NCBI GenBank assembly: GCA_007571325.1 | Contig: RKRQ01000072.1 | Span: 1-59,092 of the forward strand | Direction of reading: 5' to 3' | Source: Candidatus Dadabacteria bacterium | GTDB lineage: Bacteria; Desulfobacterota_D; UBA1144; Nemesobacterales; Nemesobacteraceae | DNA length: 59,092 bases | Shown: positions 17,816-27,597 of the stretch, in pieces | Layout: each line of letters opens with the position of its first letter | Numbering within the stretch: the first letter of the stretch is position 1 | Notes under the pieces: generated by a model | Told to the model about the DNA's origin: nothing | Databases searched by the model: none | What the model saw: only the letters and a program-made list of their open reading frames with translations | Made by a program: the position numbers and the translations under genes

Positions 17816-19621
17816 GTGAATATGGAAAAAGCAGAAAATATTAAGTGGAATCTCGGAGACCTTTACGAAGGAACTTCAGATGTTCGCGTGGAAAAGGATT
17901 TAAAGAGAATATCAGCCAATGCCGATAGATTTGAGAAAAAATACAGGGGCAGGATAAAATCTCTTTCTCTTACAGCAACTGAGCTTGCCGGGTCTGTAAG
18001 GGAACTTGAGCGCTTATCGGAAGGAATTGGGAAAATCCTTTCCTTTGCATATCTTCTTTTTGCATCCGATACGCAGGACCCGGAAAACGGAGCCTTTCGT
18101 TCGTCGATGCAACAGAAATCAACTGAACTCGAGAAAAAACTTATCTTTTTTTACGTTGAATGGGTTTCAGTTCCAGAAAGAAGAGCTAAGAAGCTGATGA
18201 ACTCTCCGGAACTCTCTGAGTACAGGCATTTTCTAGAGCAGGAAAGGCAGTATAAAGACCACACTCTTTCAGAAGCTGAGGAGAAGATACTTCAGGAAAA
18301 ATCAAACACGGGGCAGGAAGCGTTTTCAAGGCTTTTCGATGAGGTTGTGAACAATATACAGTTTCGGGTGAGACTTTCTGGCAAGACCGAAAAACTTACG
18401 CAGTCCCATACCCTGTCGCTTCTTTATGACCCGGACAGAAAAAAAAGAAAGGCGGCATGGTCCGGTCTTAGCAGAGGACTTATGGACAATTCCCATGTTC
18501 TTACATACATATTCAATACGCTTGTGAATGACCATTCGATAAATGACAGGTTGAGGAGTTATGAGAATCCTATGTCAGCTCGACACCTTAGCAACGAGAT
18601 ATCCCAGAGAGCAGTTGAAACTCTTCTTGAATCTTGCGAGAGTAAATTTGGATTTGTAAGGCGTTACTACTTGATTAAAAGAAAACTTCTTGGATATCGA
18701 AAATTCTACGACTACGACCGCTACGTTCCGCTGGGCTCGGAAAGGGAGCAGGTGCCGTGGGAAAAAGCAAAGGAGATAGTTCTTTCTTCATTCGGAGGAT
18801 TTTCCTCTGAAATGGAAAAGACCGCATCTTTATTTTTTGAAAAAAACTGGATAGATGCCGAGCTTAGGCCTGGAAAAAGAGGAGGAGCTTTCAGCCACGG
18901 CACCGTTCCCGGAGTCCATCCTTACGTATTTATGAATTACACTGGAAAACCTAGAGACGTAATGGTTTTGGCCCACGAGCTCGGTCACGGGGTGCATCAA
19001 TATCTCTCAAAAGGCCAAGGTTATCTGCAGGCCCATACTCCTCTTACTACGGCCGAAACCGCAAGCGTTTTCGCGGAGATGCTAGTGTTTCATAGGTTAA
19101 AGGAGAAAGAAAAGGAGAAGGAAAAAAGACTCATTTTGGTGGCGGAAAAACTAGAGGACATAATGGCTACCGTTTTTAGACAGGTAGTACTTACGAGGTT
19201 TGAGCAGAACATTCATAATGAAAGAAGACGCAAAGGAGAACTCACAACTGCTAGGATCAACGAATTTTGGGTTGAAGCTAACAGGGAGATGTTCGGAGAT
19301 TCTGTCTTTCTTACCGAAAATTACTCCTACTGGTGGCTCTATATCCCCCATTTTATACACTCTCCCTTCTACTGCTACGCTTACTCTTTCGGGGAACTGC
19401 TCACCTTGGCTCTTTATGGAATTTTTCTTGAGCGGGGGAAATCTTTTGTTCCTGATTACATGAGGCTTCTTCGCTCGGGTGGTAGTGCCTCACCCGCCGA
19501 GCTTCTGTTAAGACTGGGGGTGGATATAAACGAACCAGATTTTTGGAGCTCTGGACTTGGTGTAATAGGTGCAATGGTAGACGAAGTGGAAGAACTGGCG
19601 GAGCAGTCCGGTTTTTTCTGA
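17816..19621 (+). CDS. pepF: oligoendopeptidase F (M3B)
   Basis: WNLGDLY, GKRGGAFS, LAHELGHGVH zincin motif, ETAS, PHFIHSPFYCYAY. Confidence 0.92.
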   Translation: MNMEKAENIKWNLGDLYEGTSDVRVEKDLKRISANADRFEKKYRGRIKSLSLTATELAGSVRELERLSEGIGKILSFAYLLFASDTQDPENGAFRSSMQQKSTELEKKLIFFYVEWVSVPERRAKKLMNSPELSEYRHFLEQERQYKDHTLSEAEEKILQEKSNTGQEAFSRLFDEVVNNIQFRVRLSGKTEKLTQSHTLSLLYDPDRKKRKAAWSGLSRGLMDNSHVLTYIFNTLVNDHSINDRLRSYENPMSARHLSNEISQRAVETLLESCESKFGFVRRYYLIKRKLLGYRKFYDYDRYVPLGSEREQVPWEKAKEIVLSSFGGFSSEMEKTASLFFEKNWIDAELRPGKRGGAFSHGTVPGVHPYVFMNYTGKPRDVMVLAHELGHGVHQYLSKGQGYLQAHTPLTTAETASVFAEMLVFHRLKEKEKEKEKRLILVAEKLEDIMATVFRQVVLTRFEQNIHNERRRKGELTTARINEFWVEANREMFGDSVFLTENYSYWWLYIPHFIHSPFYCYAYSFGELLTLALYGIFLERGKSFVPDYMRLLRSGGSASPAELLLRLGVDINEPDFWSSGLGVIGAMVDEVEELAEQSGFF

Positions 19622-19627
19622 GGGATT

Positions 19628-20470
19628 TTACTGCAAATGGGAATAGCTTTTCTCGTACTTACTCACAATCTTACTTACAACGGAATAATGAACGGACACT
19701 GCGGCTGCAACCTCTTTTAGGGTGTAGTTCCCTGTCAGGTAGGTTTTTGCTATTGCCTCATCCATTGAATGTCCGCTTTGGATTAAGCCGTTTATTATGC
19801 TTGATACAGGTTTTGTGATCTGATACTTGGGAATACCTTCTGACCACGAACCTTTTATTTTTTTCTGTACAAACTCTATGAATTTGTCGTCGCCTAGGTA
19901 TATCTGCTTTCGGACCTCAGAGAGTAAGTCACGCAAAAGATTTTTGTCTAAAAATTTATCAAATCTGTCTGTGTCAGAAGAGAAGCCTTTGGAGAACCAG
20001 TCAAGGTTTATGTAGCTAGGCCTTTCATTTTTTCCATAAAGGTATCTGCAGGTACTCCATTTGAACTGGTTCGGGAGTTTTACAAAACCGGCTCTAAGCG
20101 GGAGAAGAAAGATATGAGCCAGAAGAGGGAGAAGATATTTTTCCCTCTGAACAACTATAGATTTATATCTTCCCCGGAAAACATGTCCATCCGTGTGATG
20201 CAATCTGTTTGAACTTTGGGTGTAAACGCCGTTTAACTGACGTATAGATTTTGAGAGATTTGGTTTTGGGGTCTCTATGACAAGATGATATCCATCAGGC
20301 ATAAGGCAGTAGGCGAGGCAGTTACAGGTAAATCTTCTGCATACACCCTCAAGGATATCTATCCAAGCATTGCCGTCCGCAGAGTTTTGAAAAACGCTCT
20401 GTCCCCTGTTTCCTTTGGAAGAAATATAGTATACTGCCCCAGCATATTCTGGTCTTAAAGGTCTCGCCAT
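19628..20470 (-). CDS. REP-associated tyrosine transposase (RAYT, Y1_Tnp)-like protein with C-terminal HTH; catalytic residues degenerate
   Basis: MARPLRPEYAGAVYYISSKGN, YCLMPDGYHL, GHVFRGRYKS, C-terminal YTLKEVA..VHYSVVSKIV; ATG20470 preferred over the track start 20542. Confidence 0.85.
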   Translation of the reverse strand: MARPLRPEYAGAVYYISSKGNRGQSVFQNSADGNAWIDILEGVCRRFTCNCLAYCLMPDGYHLVIETPKPNLSKSIRQLNGVYTQSSNRLHHTDGHVFRGRYKSIVVQREKYLLPLLAHIFLLPLRAGFVKLPNQFKWSTCRYLYGKNERPSYINLDWFSKGFSSDTDRFDKFLDKNLLRDLLSEVRKQIYLGDDKFIEFVQKKIKGSWSEGIPKYQITKPVSSIINGLIQSGHSMDEAIAKTYLTGNYTLKEVAAAVSVHYSVVSKIVSKYEKSYSHLQ

Positions 20471-20881
20471 AAAAGGATTATAAAGAAATTGGGAAATTAT
20501 TTCAAGACCTGACCCTGACCCTTGTAATGTCTCAAAACTCAAGAGCCGTGATGATAAACGTCAAATTTTCTCTTGATGGTTTGTAGGGAAACACTGAAAC
20601 GGGAAGACAGAAAATATCTCTAACTGAGGTTTCTCACAAATCAGGTGTTTGCTAAGTATAGTATACTATTGACCAATTTATTATAGTCTGCCTAGCGCAT
20701 TTAGGTTAAGTGACTTAAAAAAATAATGAATACAATTGTGAAAATTAAAAAACTGTTTTAACTTTGGGGTCCACCTCTCTCCGTCTTTTTAAATGGAAGC
20801 AGGTCTCAAACAATTTTTGAGATTTATCTTCTTCCATTCCCTAACCCAGGAATTACTCAATTCTAAACTGCACTCAATGGC

Positions 20882-21583
20882 TTAACTCTTCTCCCCTACG
20901 ACAAAATGCTTTACTCCATCCAAAGAACTTATTATTACGTCGCTTACAGTTTCCAAGAAAAGACCGTGCTCAACTATACCGGCCCTTTTTGACAACTGGT
21001 CGGCAAGATAGAACGGGTCCTCTATCTCCCCGCAATACCAGTCAATGATAAGATTATTCTGATCGGTCAAAAAGGGAGAACCATCCCCCACGAGTCGTAA
21101 TCTCACTTCTCCGCCAAAACCCTCTAGATAGCTTTTTTGGGCTTCAAAAGCAAACTTAAATACCTCCACCGGAATTGGAAAACGGCTGCCAAGCCGCTGC
21201 GAGAGTTTAGAGTCATCGGCCACGATTATATTTCTTTCGCTGTTCTGAGCAAGCACTTTTTCTCTCAATAGAGCGCCTCCTCCCCCTTTTATAAGATTGA
21301 AATCAGAGTCAATCTCATCCGCCCCATCAATAGTCACATCGATTCTTCTTTCTGAGCTAAGCTCAACAATGTTGAGACCTAGACCCTCCGCAAACATCCT
21401 TGTTCTCTCCGAACTTGGGACACAGGATATTTCAGAGAGTCGACCGTCTTTTATGCGATTGTAAAGTTCTTCCACAGCAAACTCGGCAGTTGACCCAGTC
21501 CCCAGTCCGACCAGCATACCGGTGCAAACGAAGTCGATAGCTTCTATGCCTGCGGCTTTTTTAAGTTCTTCGGTTTTATTCAT
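20882..21583 (-). CDS. rpiA: ribose-5-phosphate isomerase A
   Basis: GLGTGSTA, IDGADE, IKGGGGALLREK, GIVEHGLF. Confidence 0.97.
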   Translation of the reverse strand: MNKTEELKKAAGIEAIDFVCTGMLVGLGTGSTAEFAVEELYNRIKDGRLSEISCVPSSERTRMFAEGLGLNIVELSSERRIDVTIDGADEIDSDFNLIKGGGGALLREKVLAQNSERNIIVADDSKLSQRLGSRFPIPVEVFKFAFEAQKSYLEGFGGEVRLRLVGDGSPFLTDQNNLIIDWYCGEIEDPFYLADQLSKRAGIVEHGLFLETVSDVIISSLDGVKHFVVGEKS

Positions 21584-21833
21584 TGCGAAATAAAGTAACA
21601 GAGAAGTTATTTCAGGTACCTAGATAATTAATATAATACTACCCGAGCACATAAGTGGAACAGGTAAATATTCTGAGAACTATTGCGAAAAACAATTACT
21701 GACTATAGAAATCCATCGTACTCTATCCACCTCCCCAGCGGATTTTACATGCATATCTTTTGTCTTGGGAGAAAAAATTATATACTTGGTATTAGGGTTA
21801 GGGGTTGCCAGACATAAAGATAGAGAGCAGGTT

Positions 21834-22268
21834 ATGGAAAATCTAAGGCATATACTTAAAGATAAAGGCAGTAGCGTATGGTCTATAGGGCCGAGTGAGA
21901 CAGTGTACAAAGCTCTTCAGATGATGGCGGAAAAAGAAATAGGGGCTTTGTTGGTGCTTGACGGAGAAAAGGTCGTCGGAATATTCTCCGAGCGAGACTA
22001 TGCGAGGAAAGTCATTCTCCAAGGAAGATCTTCGGCCAACACAAAAATAAGCGAACTTATGATCAGAAACGTAATTTACGCTTCCCCGGACGATTCAATT
22101 CAGGAAAGCATGGCCATCATGACGGAAAACAAGATAAGGCACCTTCCGGTAATAGAAGACGGGAAACTATGCGGGATGGTAACAAGCGGTGACATAATAA
22201 ATCACATTATCTCCCGGCAGAAATTCGAGATTGAAGTGCTTAAGAAATATATAACCGGAGGCTACTGA
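21834..22268 (+). CDS. CBS-pair domain protein
   Basis: M.EKEIGALLV, GIFSERDYARK, IRHLPV..GMVTSGD; ATG21834 is the likely start. Confidence 0.9.
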   Translation: MENLRHILKDKGSSVWSIGPSETVYKALQMMAEKEIGALLVLDGEKVVGIFSERDYARKVILQGRSSANTKISELMIRNVIYASPDDSIQESMAIMTENKIRHLPVIEDGKLCGMVTSGDIINHIISRQKFEIEVLKKYITGGY

Positions 22269-22271
22269 TCT

Positions 22272-22294
22272 TCTTACGCTATATCTGCGTAGGA
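22272..22294. terminator. possible hairpin between convergent genes
   Basis: TCTTACGC/GCGTAGGA 8-bp stem with one G-U; no strong U-tract. Confidence 0.3.
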
Positions 22295-22319
22295 GCGTTA
22301 TTAAAAAGGTCTATTGTTC

Positions 22320-24446
22320 TTATGCGGTGAGCTGTTCCTGAACTTTTTCGCAGGCAGAGTAAAAACTCTTAGCCACTTCAAGAAACTCTATGGCTTTTGA
22401 CGCTGAAGCTTCCCCGTCTCTGTAGTCACTTAATTTTCGCGTAACATCAAACCATTTCTGGTCGGTCTCTCCGGTTCTGACGATAAGATTCTCAAATTCC
22501 CATATCGTCTGCTCAGGCGTGAACGGATCAACAAGTTTTGTGTAGAGAGGAACATGAGCACTGTCTGAGCATGCCAAATAGAGTTCACTTATGCATGCTT
22601 CATAGTCACCGTGCAGAAAAAGGGCCTGGGCCTGTTCAAGACGCTTTTCAGCATTTGAGAAAACCGGTATTTTTTCCTCAACCGTAACTCCGGCACATTC
22701 TCCTCTAACTCCCTGCTGAACGGCGAATTTTTCTTCTTCATAGCCCCAGTCCGTATAAAAATTAGGATCTTCCTCATAGGAAGGAATTTCATTAAAATCA
22801 GAAACGGCTTCCTTTATATACTTCGCTCCGAGCCTTTTCATAGTAAGGTCAAAATGTTCCCCGTCTTCTTTTTCTCTCTCATATATCTCAAGCAGTCTTT
22901 GAACAACTTTAGGAGCGTTTCTGGTAGGAATTTTAGTGACCGGAAAGGCAAGGCGAGTATCATCTCCATAAAGTCCTCCGCCAAGAAAAAGCATTTCAGC
23001 CGGAACGCTTCTTCCTTCCTTGGTTATAGATGCTCCCTGGAATCCTATGTTGGAAGAAACATGTTGAGCACATGCGTTGGGACAACCCGATATCTTTATC
23101 CTAAGGTTTCCAAGAGTCTCCTTATATTTACCAAGACCGTTATCCATCATACTGGTCAGTTTTGTTGCAAGCCCCTTGGCTGAAGTGATTCCAAGACGGC
23201 ATGTATCGGCACCTGGACAGGCAGTTATATCTTCAAAAGTATCGGCACCTGAACCGGAAACGCCATTTTTTTTAAGCTCCGCGTAAAGCAAGCCAAGTGC
23301 TTGATCTGGAACCCACCTTATAACTAAATTCTGCTGGATCGTTATTCGTATTGAACCATCAGCAAAAGTATCTATCATGTCCGCAAGCGCCCTTGCAGTA
23401 TCAGATGGAACATCCCCCAAAAGCACCCTAACATTAACGATGGAGTATCCTTCCGCTCCGGCTGGAAAAACGTTTTTCTGCCTCCACTCCTGAAAATTTG
23501 AGTCATCCTCAATCCAGTCTGCGGCCTCAGAAAAACTATGTCCGTTCAGCTTTGAAGCTTCCTGCTCCTGGTCAATTTCCTTAAGATAATCATTCCATGA
23601 AGGATCAACTTCCAGCGAAGCTCGTTCCTCTTCAACTATTTCTCTGAATTTCTCAAAGCCCAGTTTTCTTACGAGGAACTTCATCCTAGCCTTCATCCGA
23701 ACTTTTCTCTCGCCATACCTGTCAAAAACTCTTACAACAGAGGCAGAAAACGGTATCATCTCCTCAACTGGCATGAATTCTGTCCAAAGATGTCCAAGAG
23801 AAGGTGAAGCACCAAGCCCGCCTCCTACATAAACCTGAAAACCTCGCCTTCCATCCTCTTCTCTGATCCTGGAGCGAAAACCGAGATCATGAATGCGTAC
23901 TCCCGCATTATCGACATCCGGATTACTCTCGAAGCAGACTTTGAACTTTCTTCCCATATTCTGACATATGGGATTTCGGAGCATAAATTCTTTAAAGGCT
24001 TCAGCGTAAGGAGTAACATCAAAAGTTTCCGTGGGCGAAGCCCCGGTTATAGGAGAAGCAGTAACATTTCTTACCGTATTGCCGCAAGCCTCTCGGGTAG
24101 TGATCCCCACGCTTGCAAGTTCCCTCATCATATTTGGAACGGTCTCAAGATTGACGTAGTAAAGCTGGACGTCCTGACGGGTTGTAAGGTGAAAAAATCC
24201 GCTTGCGTACTTGTCCGAAATGTCCGCAAGCTTTCTTAGTTGAACGGAACTTAGCTTCCCATAAGGAATCTTTATCCTCTGCATTTGGACTCCTTCCTGA
24301 CGTTGAGCGTATACTCCCAACTGGAGTCTTATTTTCTGGAATTTCACCTCACTTATTTTTCCGTTCCTGTATTCGGAGATCTGATGCTCAAATTCATCAA
24401 TCTCGTTCTTTACAAGTTCGGGCAGAGTGACTGCTTCTTCGTCCAT
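22320..24446 (-). CDS. ferredoxin-dependent nitrite/sulfite reductase (siroheme) with C-terminal extension
   Basis: HLTTRQ, RKFK, CPGADTC and SGCPNAC siroheme/4Fe-4S ligands; ~130-aa extra C-terminus. Confidence 0.9.
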   Translation of the reverse strand: MDEEAVTLPELVKNEIDEFEHQISEYRNGKISEVKFQKIRLQLGVYAQRQEGVQMQRIKIPYGKLSSVQLRKLADISDKYASGFFHLTTRQDVQLYYVNLETVPNMMRELASVGITTREACGNTVRNVTASPITGASPTETFDVTPYAEAFKEFMLRNPICQNMGRKFKVCFESNPDVDNAGVRIHDLGFRSRIREEDGRRGFQVYVGGGLGASPSLGHLWTEFMPVEEMIPFSASVVRVFDRYGERKVRMKARMKFLVRKLGFEKFREIVEEERASLEVDPSWNDYLKEIDQEQEASKLNGHSFSEAADWIEDDSNFQEWRQKNVFPAGAEGYSIVNVRVLLGDVPSDTARALADMIDTFADGSIRITIQQNLVIRWVPDQALGLLYAELKKNGVSGSGADTFEDITACPGADTCRLGITSAKGLATKLTSMMDNGLGKYKETLGNLRIKISGCPNACAQHVSSNIGFQGASITKEGRSVPAEMLFLGGGLYGDDTRLAFPVTKIPTRNAPKVVQRLLEIYEREKEDGEHFDLTMKRLGAKYIKEAVSDFNEIPSYEEDPNFYTDWGYEEEKFAVQQGVRGECAGVTVEEKIPVFSNAEKRLEQAQALFLHGDYEACISELYLACSDSAHVPLYTKLVDPFTPEQTIWEFENLIVRTGETDQKWFDVTRKLSDYRDGEASASKAIEFLEVAKSFYSACEKVQEQLTA

Positions 24447-24512
24447 CTATTCTGGCTCCCTAAATAAAGGTATTTTGCAACATTCTAACATAAAAACAAG
24501 AATTTTTTGTAA

Positions 24513-24884
24513 TTACTCCTGCGAATCATTCTGGGACAAAAGCCATCTCTCAATTACGCGAAGAATATAGTCAAGTTCTTCATCTGAAAGCTTTTTCTCT
24601 TTAGAAATCCCGTGCCACTTAAGAAGGCAGTTTCTGCAGCACGTAGCCGTGGCGTGTTGTGCCCGAAACACTGGATGTCCACCCCAGGGAGTCTGTTTAC
24701 CGTCGTTTGCGGGTAGAGCCGGAGCAAGTCTTTTTTGGAGAAAACCCCTTCCATGCTCAAGTATTGTCTGAAGCCCCTTTTGTCTAAGGTAACGCGCTTC
24801 TCTGTAATTAAGCTTAAAGTTTGATCGAAATCTGGATCCAGAAAGTTTTTTGAAAATATTTTCCAAGCGTTCTTCTTCGCCCAT
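24513..24884 (-). CDS. DUF4186 family protein
   Basis: SRFRS.F.L, NDGKQTPWGGHPVF.AQHATATCCR.CL.KWHGI. Confidence 0.85.
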   Translation of the reverse strand: MGEEERLENIFKKLSGSRFRSNFKLNYREARYLRQKGLQTILEHGRGFLQKRLAPALPANDGKQTPWGGHPVFRAQHATATCCRNCLLKWHGISKEKKLSDEELDYILRVIERWLLSQNDSQE

Positions 24885-24911
24885 TTTTACTTTATGGAAA
24901 AATTTAGTTCT

Positions 24912-27413
24912 TTATTTCTTGGAGAAAAAATTCCGCATCTTTTCAAGGACCTGTTCAGTCTTTCCACAGAAAAAATTGCTCCCGGCGACTGAGTTCACAA
25001 AGAACTTTCCGTAGTACTTCGAGACGATGCGCTTGTCAAGAACCATAACCACTCCACGGTCTGTCTTCGTGCGTATGAGTCTCCCGAAGCCTTGCTTGAA
25101 TCTTAAAACTGCGTGAGGAAGTATGTATTCGCGAAACGAATCGATGTCCTGTTTTTTCATATGCTCAATTTTTGCCTCCGTAACAGGGTCCGTCGGAACC
25201 TTGAAAGGAAGCCTGGATATGACCACCACACTAAGAGAATCTCCAGGAATATCGACTCCCTCCCAGAAGCTGTCGGTCGCGAAGAGTACTGAGTTCCCAA
25301 GCGTTTTGAATCTCTCAAGAAGTACACCCCTTGGCATCTCCCCCTGTTTAAAAAGGGAAACATGTGCAAAACCGTTTCCCTCAAGAATCTTTCCGGTCTT
25401 CTCATAGACCCTATTAAGTGAAGAATAAGATGTAAAAAGCACCAGCGCATTTCCGTTTGTTATGGAAATAGAATCGGAAAGCACTTGCGCAAGAGAATCT
25501 TCGTAGTCTTCGCGCCCAGGCTCCGGCATGTCTGTGGGGACTAACAGCATGGACTGCGTATGAAAATCAAATGGAGAATCTACGATCAGCCCTCTGAATC
25601 TTTCGTTATCCATAAGTCCGATGTTTTTTTTCTGAAAATCAAAACTCTTATCCACGGTCAAAGACGCAGAGGTCATAACAACGGTCTTGGTCTTTGAATA
25701 AAGTTTTTCCTCAAGTTCTTTGGATACATCAAGTGGAGAAAGATTAATAGAGCAGAAAATTGCTGCTCGCCTGCGGCTACCTTCAAACCACCTTATGTAA
25801 ATCTCATCCTGTTCGCTAAAAAATCTTCCTATGATTTCACGTGAGGCAGTGCATTTTTTAGCTACACCACTAAGCTCAGCTGTGAGCTTTATGTGGGAAT
25901 CTGCATGTGGTGAATCTTCTACTACTTTAATCAGGCGGGAAATTTCGTTTTCAAGTGAAAAAAGAGTCTTTTCAAGCGCCCCGAAACGCTCCTCCACGTT
26001 ACTCCATCTCTCATCACGAACAACATCTTCTGTAATTCTGAGGCTTATCGACGTTTCAACCGATATCTCTACCCCAAAACTGTAAAGCGAATTAAAAACA
26101 TCTTCACTTACGGACTCGGTTCGCTCAACCGCTCTCGCAAGTCTTTCACCCGAGCGTTCTAAAACTTTCTTCAAAGTAGAATCCTTTTCCTTCTGTGCAA
26201 GATTCAGGATGTAGGACACAAGTCCCTTGTCTCCCCCTTTGCTTTTTCGGGAACGAAGTCTCGATAGGGTTTTCATAAGCCCATGTTTACTCAGTTTAGA
26301 GCTGAAATGCGATGACGCCGCATCGGCAATATTATGCGCTTCATCGAAAACGATCTTCGAATAGCGGGGGATTATCCCAAAATCCGAATCAGGTCCCGCC
26401 GTTCCCTTTATAGCGATATCAGAGAAAAGCATGTGATGGTTTGCAACCAGTACCGAAGCTTTTGAGATTTCCCTTCGAGACTTAAAGAAAAAACAGCTTG
26501 AATAGTGGGGACATTTAGTTCCAGGGCAACTTTCGCTTTCAGCAGATACCCTATCCCAGATATCATCAGGAGGTGTGAAAGCAAGGTCAGAGAGTGAACC
26601 ATCCATAGTGACCTTCGCCCACTCGAGTATGTCTTTCATCGACCCTCTTTGCTCATCGTCTATAAAATCGAAAAGATCCTGCCCCACGGTTTCGCCACGC
26701 AGAAGGCAAAAATAGTTCCTCATTCCTTTAATTAGAGCGTAGTCAAACTTCTTTGGGAAAATATCTCGAAGAAGCGGAAGATCTTTGTTTATGAGTTGTT
26801 CTTGAAGATTGATTGTGTTAGTAGAAATCAAGACCCTTTCATTGTTTTTAATGCACCAGAGAATAGAGGGGATTAGGTAGGAAAGAGTTTTTCCTGTGCC
26901 CGTACCAGCTTCTACCATTGACAAATATTCATCGTTAAAAGCCTCGATTACGTTTGAGAGAACCTCAAGCTGCTCGTCTCTGTGTTCGTACTTCCCTTTC
27001 AGTACTCGGGCAACAGGACCTGCCGGCAAAAGATATTCTCTAGCGGACTCACTATCAATTCGTATAACCTCCCCCACAACAAAAGGTTCAACCACAACAT
27101 ATACCTTCTTGACTTCACTGTCTATTATGTAGAAACCAACCCCTTTATTTCCAAAAGCCGAAGCAATTGCTACATCTTGCGGTGAAGGTTCGATGTTACC
27201 AGAAGGATGGTTGTGTACAACTACGTTTCCTATTTTAGCTACGTCAAGGATCGCTGGAACCGACTGGCGATTACCACGGGCAAAAACCTTTATATCGCTT
27301 ACCAGAGAGCTTTCATTTATCTTCCCGACGAAAAAAACCTCGTTTCCATAAGCATCGATTATCTCTTTCCTGATGAAATCAGCAACTTCAGAGGTAAAAT
27401 AGTTTTCAATCAT
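24912..27413 (-). CDS. DinG/YoaA-family helicase with N-terminal JAB/MPN domain
   Basis: N-terminal HNHPSG..PS..D; Walker A EAGTGTGKT, DEAH, FWEGVD, KQGFGRLIR; Fe-S Cys in CLLR..CPGTKC..C. Confidence 0.9.
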   Translation of the reverse strand: MIENYFTSEVADFIRKEIIDAYGNEVFFVGKINESSLVSDIKVFARGNRQSVPAILDVAKIGNVVVHNHPSGNIEPSPQDVAIASAFGNKGVGFYIIDSEVKKVYVVVEPFVVGEVIRIDSESAREYLLPAGPVARVLKGKYEHRDEQLEVLSNVIEAFNDEYLSMVEAGTGTGKTLSYLIPSILWCIKNNERVLISTNTINLQEQLINKDLPLLRDIFPKKFDYALIKGMRNYFCLLRGETVGQDLFDFIDDEQRGSMKDILEWAKVTMDGSLSDLAFTPPDDIWDRVSAESESCPGTKCPHYSSCFFFKSRREISKASVLVANHHMLFSDIAIKGTAGPDSDFGIIPRYSKIVFDEAHNIADAASSHFSSKLSKHGLMKTLSRLRSRKSKGGDKGLVSYILNLAQKEKDSTLKKVLERSGERLARAVERTESVSEDVFNSLYSFGVEISVETSISLRITEDVVRDERWSNVEERFGALEKTLFSLENEISRLIKVVEDSPHADSHIKLTAELSGVAKKCTASREIIGRFFSEQDEIYIRWFEGSRRRAAIFCSINLSPLDVSKELEEKLYSKTKTVVMTSASLTVDKSFDFQKKNIGLMDNERFRGLIVDSPFDFHTQSMLLVPTDMPEPGREDYEDSLAQVLSDSISITNGNALVLFTSYSSLNRVYEKTGKILEGNGFAHVSLFKQGEMPRGVLLERFKTLGNSVLFATDSFWEGVDIPGDSLSVVVISRLPFKVPTDPVTEAKIEHMKKQDIDSFREYILPHAVLRFKQGFGRLIRTKTDRGVVMVLDKRIVSKYYGKFFVNSVAGSNFFCGKTEQVLEKMRNFFSKK

Positions 27414-27506
27414 ATCCGCTTAATTTTACACAGCGGGTTTAATAACAAAACTTCCCGCAAGATATTGCCTTGCCCCCAAGGCTTCGGTAGCCTGTTTTGC
27501 AAGTCA

Positions 27507-27597
27507 GGAGGGATGGCCGAGTGGTTTAAGGCGCTGGTCTCGAAAACCAGTGGGGTCTTTTTGGCCCTCGTGGGTTCGAATCCCACTCCCTCCGCCA
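27507..27597 (+). tRNA. tRNA-Ser(CGA)
   Basis: GGAGGGA acceptor stem, CTGGT-CT-CGA-AA-ACCAG anticodon arm, long variable arm, GTTCGAATC, encoded CCA. Confidence 0.97.

Noticed and set aside
19099-19130. KEKEKEKEK run in pepF
   Set aside because: Short low-complexity loop with synonymous variation; no sign of phase variation
25649-25657. DnaA-box-like TTATCCACG
   Set aside because: Single imperfect copy inside a CDS; no oriC-like cluster
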